From Nitrososphaerota archaeon (GTDB lineage: Archaea; Thermoproteota; Nitrososphaeria; Nitrososphaerales; UBA57), in NCBI GenBank assembly GCA_016871995.1, contig VHBL01000006.1, positions 16,237 to 48,236 on the forward strand: a stretch of 32,000 nucleotides of DNA, given 5' to 3'. Below are positions 24,746-32,000 of the stretch, piece by piece. Position numbers and translations under genes: made by a program. Numbering within the stretch: the stretch's first letter is position 1; each line of letters begins with the position of its first letter. Below the pieces are notes generated by a model that was given only the letters and a program-made list of their open reading frames with translations, did not search any database and had not been told where the DNA came from.

Positions 24746-25882
24746 CTAGACTTTCAGCAGGGTCTCCGACGCTTGTGGAACTATCAGTGCCTTGGTTCGA
24801 GAACCCTTCGAAGAAAGTAAGTGGTTCAGGGCATCACTAGCCTTTTTTGCGCTTTTTAACCCGAACTTACTCTCAATATAGTAATTTGGTAAAGTCGACA
24901 CGAGAATCAGCTCATGAGCCTTTGCAATCTCTTGCAGGAATACTAAGTCTTCGATACCTTCGATATATTTGCCCAATCGCGGAAGGTTTGCGGAATCTAA
25001 CCTTCCTGTTCCGTAAAGCTTGAACGCATCTACACCCAAACCTTCACCACACTCCGCAAGAAGTACGACGGTACTCTTATCGCGTAACCCTTTTAAAATA
25101 TTCCAGAACGACTTGACGCTAGAAGAGAGGGTTTCACTTGCCCTGTTACTGCCAGGACTGATAATCGCTGCTCTCGCCTTCTCTGCAACAGTCTTTGTGG
25201 ACAGTGCTAGAAACTTTTCTTCTGCCTTCTTTTGACTGTCCAGCATATCTCCTATCTCAACATCGTTAATGTCCTCTTGCGAAGGCACAACGGATATCGA
25301 CAAAACATCTGTTAGTTGGTTCGCGTTTTCCCAGACCATTTTCGACGCTTCCGTATAAGTGCCTACGGAAGGTTCCAGAATCGGGTAGGTGAGAAACGAG
25401 TTTCCAATGACCAGGCTCTCTATAGCCCGCAGAATCGAAATGAGACCTCCTGAGAACCCAAACAATCCATCAAATCCAACTTGGGAGAGCAGTATTTTGG
25501 TCGTAGCCTCTCCATAAACTTCTGAAATTGGCTTACCTTCTGCAACTTGTGCTGTAGAAACTCTAAACGGTAATGCTTCCAACTTCTTCCTTACAGAAGT
25601 AACGCTTCTGTGTGGCACTAAGAACTGAATATCTGCACTATTGTAATTTTTTTCGAGTAACATCTTTCCCACAATCGCAGCTGCTTTCAAACAGGGTTCA
25701 TAGTCATCTGCGACTAAGATTCCAACTTTACCTGCGAAGTTAATTTGCGATAATTTCTGCTTGGTTTCATCCTCAGTAATTGGACGTACTGCTTTTTCTA
25801 TGCTTTCAAGGATGTTCTCTATCCGTATGTCTATGGCGACCTCTACAGACCCGTAAGGAACCCAGATTTCTGGCAACCGCAC
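24746..25882 (-). CDS. LarA-like (DUF2088, lactate-racemase-fold) protein, apparently non-canonical
   Basis: N-terminal VPYGSVEVAIDI, KVGILVADDYEP, and GFDGLFGFSGG paralleling the LarA H-F-F-A-G-F-S-G-G-R-K region. GTG start. Confidence 0.5.
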   Translation of the reverse strand: MRLPEIWVPYGSVEVAIDIRIENILESIEKAVRPITEDETKQKLSQINFAGKVGILVADDYEPCLKAAAIVGKMLLEKNYNSADIQFLVPHRSVTSVRKKLEALPFRVSTAQVAEGKPISEVYGEATTKILLSQVGFDGLFGFSGGLISILRAIESLVIGNSFLTYPILEPSVGTYTEASKMVWENANQLTDVLSISVVPSQEDINDVEIGDMLDSQKKAEEKFLALSTKTVAEKARAAIISPGSNRASETLSSSVKSFWNILKGLRDKSTVVLLAECGEGLGVDAFKLYGTGRLDSANLPRLGKYIEGIEDLVFLQEIAKAHELILVSTLPNYYIESKFGLKSAKKASDALNHLLSSKGSRTKALIVPQASETLLKV

Positions 25883-25935
25883 CTTTTGTTCAAAAGAACA
25901 TAAATTTAAGGCTGGGCTTGATAGACTGGGTATTC

Positions 25936-26589
25936 ATGATGCTGTTGACTACAAAAACTTGGGCTACAGAGAGGAAGGAGATAATTAGGAACTTGGGCAA
26001 GATCCTTGTGAAGAGCGGGGCGCTAAAATTTGGAGCTTTTACCCTTGCTAGCGGGAAGTTAAGTTCGTATTATATAGATCTACGGATAGTCCCTAGCTTA
26101 CCTTCGCTATTTGAGCAGGTGATCCATGCCTACAAATCCCTGATAAAGCAGAATATTCGTGGAAATGGGTTTGACATTATTGCAGGGATACCTACTGCAG
26201 GGCTGACTTACGCGTCGGCACTAGCGTATGAACTTTCAAAGCCTCTTATCTATATGCGAAAAGAAAAGAAGGAACATGGTACAGGGAAGGACGTCGAGGG
26301 ACTTCTGCCCCCTGGCGCAAAAGTTGTAGTGATTGATGATGTCATAACTACGGGTGGGTCGCTGATAACGGCTATCGATTTTGTCAGAAGAAGCGGAGGA
26401 ACCGTAGAAAAAGCAGTCGTACTTATTGACAGACTTGAAGAAGGTAAGAAAAATCTTGCAAAAATTGGCGTCGACCTTGTTTCTCTAACGTCTATAACAG
26501 AGATAACAGATTTCCTCTACAATATGAACATTATAGAGGACGCTCAGAGAAATGCCATTTATGTTCAGGCTGGTATCAGTAAATCATGA
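25936..26589 (+). CDS. pyrE: Orotate phosphoribosyltransferase
   Basis: GALKFGAFTLASGKLSSYYID and the PRPP loop VVVIDDVITTGGS. Likely ATG at 25936. The track ORF's upstream extension overlaps the divergent gene. Confidence 0.9.
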   Translation: MMLLTTKTWATERKEIIRNLGKILVKSGALKFGAFTLASGKLSSYYIDLRIVPSLPSLFEQVIHAYKSLIKQNIRGNGFDIIAGIPTAGLTYASALAYELSKPLIYMRKEKKEHGTGKDVEGLLPPGAKVVVIDDVITTGGSLITAIDFVRRSGGTVEKAVVLIDRLEEGKKNLAKIGVDLVSLTSITEITDFLYNMNIIEDAQRNAIYVQAGISKS

Positions 26590-27133
26590 GCTGCCGCTGC
26601 TCCAGTATATTGTGAAGATTGTTCACCGCCTTGTACACCTCTATTTCCTTCTTCGCACCTGTGCATACAAGCTTTCCGCTGGCGAAGAGTAGGATTACGG
26701 TCTTGGGCTCTGACATTCTGTGAATCAAGCCTGGGAACTGCTCAGGTTCGTACATTGATCTGGGGAGCTGCCTTGCAGCCTCTTCAAGGTGAACATTTCC
26801 TCCAAGGCTAGCAGAAGCTACGATATTCTGAATCACAATTTCGGCTTCGTTTACGATTTCGATTCCTCCCTTCCGAAGTTTTTGGACTACTGTTTTTACC
26901 GCCTTCATCGCTTGGTCTTCCGACTTGGCTCCAGTGCAAACCATCTTCCCAGAACTGAAGATCAGCGTCGCGGTCTTCGGTGTCTTTAGTCTGAAGACTA
27001 GACCTGGAAATTGATCTGGGTGATACTCGACATCGGTAAAAGTCCTGGTGATCTGGTTCAGATCAACTCTTTGGTTCACAGAAGCGGAGGCGACAACGTT
27101 TTCAATGCTGATTATTGGTTTTGTCTGCGGCAT
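26576..27133 (-). CDS. tbp: TATA-box binding protein
   Basis: Two TBP repeats (ENVVASASVNQRVDLNQI...PGLVFRL..PKTATLIFSSGKMVCTGAKS and QNIVASASLGGNVHLEEA...PGLIHRM..PKTVILLFASGKLVCTGAKK). Likely ATG at 27131-27133. Confidence 0.95.
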   Translation of the reverse strand: MPQTKPIISIENVVASASVNQRVDLNQITRTFTDVEYHPDQFPGLVFRLKTPKTATLIFSSGKMVCTGAKSEDQAMKAVKTVVQKLRKGGIEIVNEAEIVIQNIVASASLGGNVHLEEAARQLPRSMYEPEQFPGLIHRMSEPKTVILLFASGKLVCTGAKKEIEVYKAVNNLHNILEQRQLMIY

Positions 27134-27205
27134 ATAATACCGAGCAGCAAAAAGCAACCTGCCAGTATTTAAAGGGTATATATACTCTAATCGTTTGTTG
27201 GTTTG

Positions 27206-27739
27206 CTAATTATACATCTGTCTTCCATGTTTGGGCCTTAGTTCGACTGCAAGGATTACACAGATAATTATGATCATTAACCCATAGTTAAGAGGAGGAC
27301 TGAGCCATATAGCTGTGTATCCGATGTACGGCAGGCTAAATATGACAGTTCCAAGGTAATGCTGTGGCCTTACAGTCCAGCTGTCTTGGCTTGGGTTGTT
27401 GTCTCCTCTAGTTTTAACCCCTATCCCTTCTGCGTCATGCACTACGTCGTTGACCCTGTGCACTATGATCCTTTCCATGTTAATAGGGTATTTGTAAACG
27501 ATTATGTCTCCCACCTTCAGAGATTCGATAGAACCGCCATTTCTTATAGCGATGACATCGCCGACTTTTAGAGCAGGTACCATGCTCCCGCTGGAGACGA
27601 CGAAAAATGGAGTCTGCGTTCCCAGAGATGCAGTAAGGGTTAACCATCCTCCGAGGATTATCACTGCTACTATAGCTAGGCTAATCAGCTCGCTTTTCAA
27701 AGTCCTTCTTCGAGAAGTTTCGTGGGATGCGCCAGTCAA
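27206..27739 (-). CDS. Signal peptidase I, archaeal/eukaryotic Sec11 type (S26B)
   Basis: N-terminal TM anchor, catalytic Ser box VVSSGSMVPALKVGD, His box IIVHRV, GDNN box (TRGDNNPSQD). TTG start. Confidence 0.85.
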   Translation of the reverse strand: MTGASHETSRRRTLKSELISLAIVAVIILGGWLTLTASLGTQTPFFVVSSGSMVPALKVGDVIAIRNGGSIESLKVGDIIVYKYPINMERIIVHRVNDVVHDAEGIGVKTRGDNNPSQDSWTVRPQHYLGTVIFSLPYIGYTAIWLSPPLNYGLMIIIICVILAVELRPKHGRQMYN

Positions 27740-27969
27740 CTGCAGACATCTTGAAGTTCCTTTTTAATAAGCTATTATCTATTGCTATCTCGTGTGAAGC
27801 CATAAGTTAATAGGAATTCTCTGTGAGTTTGTTCTAAAAGGCAAAAATTACTAGTTGCTCTGATATACTAAAACGTATAGCATGTTATATTTAGAGTATT
27901 GTTCGGGTTAGTAAAGTACGATAGTAGTTGAATAGATAAAAACATACTTTTTAACCAGAAGCAAGGCGA

Positions 27970-29430
27970 GTGTTGCTCGTGCAACAAGACTACGACGTAA
28001 TAATTGCAGGAGGAGGGATGTCGGGGCTAATTTCAGCAGCCAGCGTAGCTACCTACTCCAAGCAGAAAGCGAGGATTCTAGTCGTCGATAGGAATTCTCA
28101 GCCAGAAGCAGGGAAGAAGACTGCAAACGGGTGGATTTGCGGTGATGCTGTCAGCAAGAACAGCGTCGATTATCTAGCAAACAGTATCGGGATAAGATAT
28201 GCAAAGCCAGAACTGGAGCATGATGTTAAAGGTGTGTATGTATATTCTCCAGATCACCAGACAAAAGTCCTTTTTGAGGGTGCTGGCTATACTATCAACA
28301 GGAAGATTCTGCCACAAAGACAGGTTAAGGATGCAAAGAAGCTTGGTGTAGAATTTCAGTTTGACGTTGCTTTGGAATCTCTCTTGCATGAGGATGGCTA
28401 TATTACTGGCGTGCAAGGGAGAAGCCTAATTGATGGAAAGACATTCAAGAAGACTGCTAGGATCGTCATCGATGCTACCGGCTCTGCATCCAAACTAAGG
28501 GCTAACTTGGCCATTGAAAGCTACATGCAGAAGGAAATCGACAAAGATGATATGGAGGCCACTGGTCGATACATCTACGATTTTGAGATTGGGAAGGAAG
28601 ACAAAACATATTTCGATCCTGATTACTGCATTATACATCTGGATGAATATCTGGCTCCAGGAGGCTACGCTTGGACTTTCCCGAAGGGGCCAAAAAAGGT
28701 GAATGTTGGACTTGGCATCCAAAAGAAAGCTCTTGAAAAGAGGAACAAACGCTATGCTAAAGATGATAATCTGCAGAGCCTTATCGACGAATACGTAAAG
28801 AGCAATGTTGCAATAAAAGAGCCTAGACTTGCGGAGGGAAAGAACGATGAAGGGAATGCTAAAGGGAGCTGGCAGGTTCCTGTTCGAAGGCAAAATGACT
28901 GTCTTGTAGCCAACGGCTATGCTCTGGTTGGAGATGCTGCTTGGATGCCCCGACCTATTGATGCTGGAGGGATAGGCCCTTCGATATATGGGAGCGTAAT
29001 TCTTGGGAGGATAGTTGCTACGGCTCTGGAGACGAAGGATGTCAGTCAGAAGGGCCTCTGGCAGTACAATATTGACTACATGAACCATTATGGCTACCAG
29101 ATGGCAAGCTTTGAGATCTTGAGAAGGTATCTGCAGACTATGACAAATGAGCAGATCAGCTATGGCATGAAGCACTTCCTTTCTGAAAACGATATTGCTA
29201 ACATTGTCAAAAGGCAGCACCCTAAATTCAACCGTGTTGCTTTACTGAACCCCATGATGTGGTTCAGGATTCTGGGCAATTTAGACCTTGCAAAAGACTT
29301 GAGATTTACCGCTACAAAGAGCGAAGAACTAATTCAGCACAACTTGAAGTATCCAAAGTCGCCGGAGGGTTTCTTGGAGTGGCAGAAAGGCTTGCACGCT
29401 TTGCTTCAGGAAGCCTATTCAAAATTCTAA
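27970..29430 (+). CDS. Geranylgeranyl reductase family FAD-dependent oxidoreductase (lipid saturase-like)
   Basis: FAD dinucleotide fold YDVIIAGGGMSGL...VVDR, CGDAVS, DATGSAS, and LVGDAAWMPRPIDAGGIG (typical GGR LxGDAAG motif region). GTG start region. Confidence 0.8.
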   Translation: MLLVQQDYDVIIAGGGMSGLISAASVATYSKQKARILVVDRNSQPEAGKKTANGWICGDAVSKNSVDYLANSIGIRYAKPELEHDVKGVYVYSPDHQTKVLFEGAGYTINRKILPQRQVKDAKKLGVEFQFDVALESLLHEDGYITGVQGRSLIDGKTFKKTARIVIDATGSASKLRANLAIESYMQKEIDKDDMEATGRYIYDFEIGKEDKTYFDPDYCIIHLDEYLAPGGYAWTFPKGPKKVNVGLGIQKKALEKRNKRYAKDDNLQSLIDEYVKSNVAIKEPRLAEGKNDEGNAKGSWQVPVRRQNDCLVANGYALVGDAAWMPRPIDAGGIGPSIYGSVILGRIVATALETKDVSQKGLWQYNIDYMNHYGYQMASFEILRRYLQTMTNEQISYGMKHFLSENDIANIVKRQHPKFNRVALLNPMMWFRILGNLDLAKDLRFTATKSEELIQHNLKYPKSPEGFLEWQKGLHALLQEAYSKF

Positions 29431-29448
29431 TTACAGTTGTACATTGAA

Positions 29449-29549
29449 CGCCGGGGGTGGGATTTGAACCCACGAGGCCCTTGCGGGCCACAGGCTTACA
29501 AGCTAGGAAGTTTCCAGGCCTGCGCCCTACCAGGCTAGGCGACCCCGGC
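29449..29549 (-). tRNA. tRNA-Ser (anticodon GGA) with a ~15-nt intron in the anticodon loop; CCA not encoded
   Basis: Minus strand: GCCGGGG-TC-GCC..GG..GGC-G-CAGGC-CTGGAA[ACTTCCTAGCTTGTA]A-GCCTG-T-GGCCC-GCAA-GGGCC-TC-GTGGG-TTCAAAT-CCCAC-CCCCGGC-G. Acceptor, T-arm (TTCAAAT loop), anticodon stem and a long variable arm all pair perfectly. A type II tRNA with G73 and a CU-GGA-AA loop indicates Ser. Confidence 0.9.
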
Positions 29550-29573
29550 CTGACATTACGCCCTTCAATATTC

Positions 29574-29581
29574 AGATTAAA
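29574..29581 (-). promoter_or_regulatory. TATA-box candidate for the tRNA-Ser gene
   Basis: The minus strand reads TTTAATCT and ends about 25 nt upstream of the tRNA 5' end, in the 41-nt gap after cbf5. Confidence 0.4.
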
Positions 29582-29590
29582 CTCTTCTGT

Positions 29591-30577
29591 TTAATTGGAA
29601 GCCTCTTCCTTTGGCTTGCTCTTCCACATCTTGGGGTATGTACCTTGCTTCATTATTACCCTGTTAGGCTCAGCAGCTATGCCTTTCTGCTGAGATCTTA
29701 TTTCGTCAGAACTCATTGAAGCTTCAGCAAGTGCTACGATCTCTCCCTTCAAAGTGTAAAACCCGACTGTGTCCCCCTTTTTTATATTACCAGAAACCTT
29801 CAGAATTCCAGGTATTGCAAGTTTGGCTCCATTGCATACCGCTTCTACAGCTGAATCCCTGATTACAACGCTTGGGATTGCCTGCATCCCATACTCTATT
29901 GACAGTATCAGTTTCTTCAATTTGCTTTCATCGCCTTTCTGATATTCGTAGTATGCATCAGCAAGGTCATGCAATCTGACAAGCCTATTCTGTTCACTCA
30001 AGTTGCTCACCCTCGTCCTCCTCAATTCGACCATGGTCGCACCGCAGCCGAAGACTTCGCCCATGTCGTAGACCAATTTCCTGATGTAAGTTCCAGACTC
30101 GCACAGAACCCTTAAGATCAGCAACCTTCCCTGCTGCTCAAGCAGTTCAAGCTCGTAGATCGTCCTTGTCCTAGTTACCCTCTTTACGGAAGACCTTTGG
30201 GGAGGCTTCTGAAAGATTTCTCCAGTAAATTCCTTGATCACCCTTTTTAGACTTCCGTCGTCAACTGGATCGTGCAGCCTTGCAACGGCAACGTACTCTT
30301 TTGAGCCCAGCAGCAATACGGAAAGGGCCTTCGTAGCTTCTCCCAAGCCTATTGGGAGCAGACCAGTTGCAGGAGGATCGAGAGTTCCGCTATGACCTGC
30401 CTTTTTGACATTAAGAATTCTCCTTACCCAAGCAACCACTTCATGACTTGTAGGGCCCTCAGTCTTGTCGAGGGGTATGAGCCCATAATCCAAGAGCTGC
30501 TTTACGCTTCTGTTCTGAGGTGCGCACCCATATTTTGGGTTGGTATCTTCGTGTGCTATTTCTATCAGGTTAGACAA
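29591..30577 (-). CDS. cbf5: tRNA/rRNA pseudouridine synthase Cbf5 (H/ACA RNP catalytic subunit)
   Basis: TruB motif II HSGTLDPPATGLLPI (catalytic Asp), a C-terminal PUA-like domain (KKGDTVGFYTLKGEIVALAEA), and a basic tail. Confidence 0.92.
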   Translation of the reverse strand: MSNLIEIAHEDTNPKYGCAPQNRSVKQLLDYGLIPLDKTEGPTSHEVVAWVRRILNVKKAGHSGTLDPPATGLLPIGLGEATKALSVLLLGSKEYVAVARLHDPVDDGSLKRVIKEFTGEIFQKPPQRSSVKRVTRTRTIYELELLEQQGRLLILRVLCESGTYIRKLVYDMGEVFGCGATMVELRRTRVSNLSEQNRLVRLHDLADAYYEYQKGDESKLKKLILSIEYGMQAIPSVVIRDSAVEAVCNGAKLAIPGILKVSGNIKKGDTVGFYTLKGEIVALAEASMSSDEIRSQQKGIAAEPNRVIMKQGTYPKMWKSKPKEEASN

Positions 30578-31127
30578 GCTGCTTCACTATTGTGAATACG
30601 ATCTCCCTGACCTTATTGCTCGGCAACCTGTCCGTAGAAATTACAAAATCAAATACTGAGAGGTCGTCCCCAAACCTTATCGCATACAATCTCTTATAGA
30701 GTTCTGCATTTTCCCTGTCCCTCTTTTTCACGACCTTTAGAGATTCATCGTAAGAGGTTTCATCCCTCTTCGACATCCTCTCTGCCCTGTTTTCTGCGGA
30801 GGCTTTGAGCCATATCTTCAGAGCATCATCGCATAACCACGCCAAAGGATAACTTGTTACCACAACGCCTCCAGCTTTAAGCTTTTTAATCAGTTTTGCA
30901 TCGACTTCTTTGTCGAACTGGGGGTTCTTTTGCCTCTCTGCAAGAAACTTCAGACCATCTTTAGTGTCCCACCAGTCGTCATCCCCAATTCTGTATCCTT
31001 TCTCCTCCGCAAGTTCCTTCAAAGCGTCCCCTCCAGAATAATATTCGAGACCAAATTCGGTGCATACAGCTCTTGCCAACGTAGTCTTGCCTACTGCTGG
31101 CATTCCCGATATGATGATGCTAATCAT
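30570..31127 (-). CDS. cmk: Cytidylate kinase, archaeal type
   Basis: P-loop ISGMPAVGKTT, and the size (185 aa) and pattern fit archaeal CMP kinase. The 3' end overlaps the cbf5 start by 8 nt, and the gene abuts adkA. Confidence 0.85.
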   Translation of the reverse strand: MISIIISGMPAVGKTTLARAVCTEFGLEYYSGGDALKELAEEKGYRIGDDDWWDTKDGLKFLAERQKNPQFDKEVDAKLIKKLKAGGVVVTSYPLAWLCDDALKIWLKASAENRAERMSKRDETSYDESLKVVKKRDRENAELYKRLYAIRFGDDLSVFDFVISTDRLPSNKVREIVFTIVKQLV

Positions 31128-31706
31128 CTATCTAATCGCTTCGAAGATCTCATTTGCACATTCGTCTGGCTTGCCTTCAGCATTGGTAACCATCTTTATC
31201 GCAGCACCAGCAATAACTGCCGAAGCAGAGAGCATGGATTTCGCAATCAACAATTCCATTTCTATAGTCCCACGCTCTATAATATCCCTGACCCTAGTAG
31301 GGTCGTTCTGCCTTCTTGAAATGATATCATTTGGGTTTGCTTCAACAAGAATGAGGTTTGTTGGTGAGAGCGCCTTCAGAATGTCGTTAGGGAGACCCGG
31401 CATGTAACCTTCTTTCGTGCTGATGAACAGATGAGTATCTACCAAGACTATTGGAGCGGTTTTCTTTGCAATTGCCGAAGCAGCGTTAATTTGCAATTGT
31501 TTCTGGGTTTTGACATCGAGCTTTCGCATATCATCCCTGCTCTTGACACCCATCTTCTGCGCCGCTTCAAACATCACTGTACCGAAGACTACATATGCTG
31601 TCTCTATATTCGCATCTTTGAGCATCTGTCCCAGCTTTGTCACCACTGTAGTCTTACCTACGCCGGGGATTCCAACTATGACTACTTTTTTGCTAGCGCT
31701 CACCAT
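31128..31706 (-). CDS. adkA: Adenylate kinase, archaeal type
   Basis: P-loop IVGIPGVGKTT, VLVDTH, and an archaeal AdkA-like length (192 aa). ATG start. Confidence 0.88.
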   Translation of the reverse strand: MVSASKKVVIVGIPGVGKTTVVTKLGQMLKDANIETAYVVFGTVMFEAAQKMGVKSRDDMRKLDVKTQKQLQINAASAIAKKTAPIVLVDTHLFISTKEGYMPGLPNDILKALSPTNLILVEANPNDIISRRQNDPTRVRDIIERGTIEMELLIAKSMLSASAVIAGAAIKMVTNAEGKPDECANEIFEAIR

Positions 31707-31714
31707 GTCTATCG

Positions 31715-31719
31715 CCTCC
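31715..31719 (-). promoter_or_regulatory. Shine-Dalgarno-like GGAGG upstream of adkA
   Basis: The minus strand reads GGAGG, 8 nt upstream of the adkA ATG. Confidence 0.4.
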
Positions 31720-31830
31720 TAGTTAAGCGGGTTAATACCTTTCTGACAAAGCGTTTTATGATCTGACACTATGTGCTTGCTAATTTACCTATAAGTTATT
31801 GCTGCAATTAATCAGGAAGTCCTTTTTCTC

Positions 31831-31867
31831 GAAAAAAGAAAAGAGTATTGGTTGCCCTAAGGCAACC
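31831..31867 (-). terminator. Hairpin plus T-tract terminator candidate
   Basis: Perfect 7-bp stem GGTTGCC / GGCAACC with a 4-nt loop (31850-31867), starting 8 nt after the stop of the upstream minus-strand ORF. On the minus strand it is followed by CTCTTTTCTTTTTTC. Confidence 0.55.
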
Positions 31868-31874
31868 TTTGCGT

Positions 31875-32000
31875 TTATGCCTTCTTCTTTCTGCTGAACA
31901 GTACTCCTGATATTACTACCAGAACTACTCCTATACCAATTGCGGCATATGAGATAGGGCTGATAGTTTCTACAGTTACTTCCTTTGGTACTTCCTTGAT
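31875..32000 (-). CDS. C-terminal end of a membrane-anchored (probably surface) protein; most of the gene lies outside the window
   Basis: The minus-strand frame reads ...IKEVPKEVTVETISPISYAAIGIGVVLVVISGVLFSRKKKA*, a C-terminal TM helix plus basic tail. No family can be assigned from 41 aa. Confidence 0.4.
   Translation of the reverse strand: MKEVPKEVTVETISPISYAAIGIGVVLVVISGVLFSRKKKA

Noticed and set aside
25780-25935. N-terminal extensions suggested by the ORF track for pyrE (25780), the DUF424 gene (14092), thpR (7815), tbp (27157), abce1 (18758) and the KH protein (15220).
   Set aside because: The extensions overlap neighbouring genes or promoters and add residues absent from the conserved family N-termini. 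Internal ATGs give canonical N-termini, so I moved the starts downstream.
28495-29220. 241-aa ORF antisense to the geranylgeranyl reductase gene.
   Set aside because: It lies fully inside a confidently identified CDS on the opposite strand. Its composition is low-complexity (Ser/Ile/Leu/Phe-rich) with no recognisable motif, no promoter-like context and no room for an independent gene. It is most likely a shadow ORF.
29449-29549. Alternative reading of the tRNA with loop CTTGTAA (anticodon TGT, Thr) and the intron placed 5' of the loop.
   Set aside because: The long variable arm (GGCCC-GCAA-GGGCC) and the G discriminator are class II / serine features. The CU-GGA-AA reading gives a canonical U33/A37 loop with the intron at the canonical 37/38 site.
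1-32000. Searched by eye for CRISPR repeats, transposases or integrases, toxin-antitoxin pairs, restriction-modification or other defence genes, rRNA genes, and prophage-like content.
   Set aside because: None found. Every sizeable ORF is accounted for by housekeeping families, there are no regularly spaced repeats, and the only tRNA has no adjacent integrase or att-like duplication of its 3' end.

Overview
Gene-dense archaeal chromosomal core. By my coordinates about 94% is coding, with 36 protein genes (2 cut by the window edges), one intron-containing tRNA, and many TTG/GTG starts and 4-40 nt gene overlaps. Archaeal origin is supported by Topo VI A/B, TBP, Alba, aIF2-beta, Rio1 plus a KH protein, ABCE1, Cbf5, a class-I CCA-adding enzyme, archaeal-type adenylate and cytidylate kinases, ribosomal protein L13e and a Sec11-type signal peptidase. 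L13e, the Vgb-like surface propeller and the mid-40s %GC suggest a TACK or Nitrososphaeria-like lineage, but that is a low-confidence inference. The content is mainly information processing: tRNA maturation (rnz, trm11, cca, thpR, trm5, cbf5), translation and ribosome biogenesis, DNA topology and repair (top6AB, lig, ogg), and nucleotide metabolism (prs, pyrE, cmk, adkA). I saw no CRISPR array, transposase, integrase, toxin-antitoxin or recognisable defence genes, so I cannot point to a multi-gene novel system. Items worth a second look: (1) a CBS-domain protein whose C-terminal ~100 aa looks like an HPF/YfiA ribosome-hibernation domain; it sits divergent from a membrane-anchored small-HSP/Ogg operon; (2) aIF2-beta, whose conserved N-terminus has no canonical in-frame start codon; (3) the longest spacer (top6A to abce1), which carries a degenerate direct repeat flanking a G9/C6-containing segment; (4) a LarA-like protein lacking the residues I recall as cofactor-anchoring; (5) an intron-containing tRNA-Ser(GGA). 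All protein calls rest on motif recognition by eye. No database search was possible.
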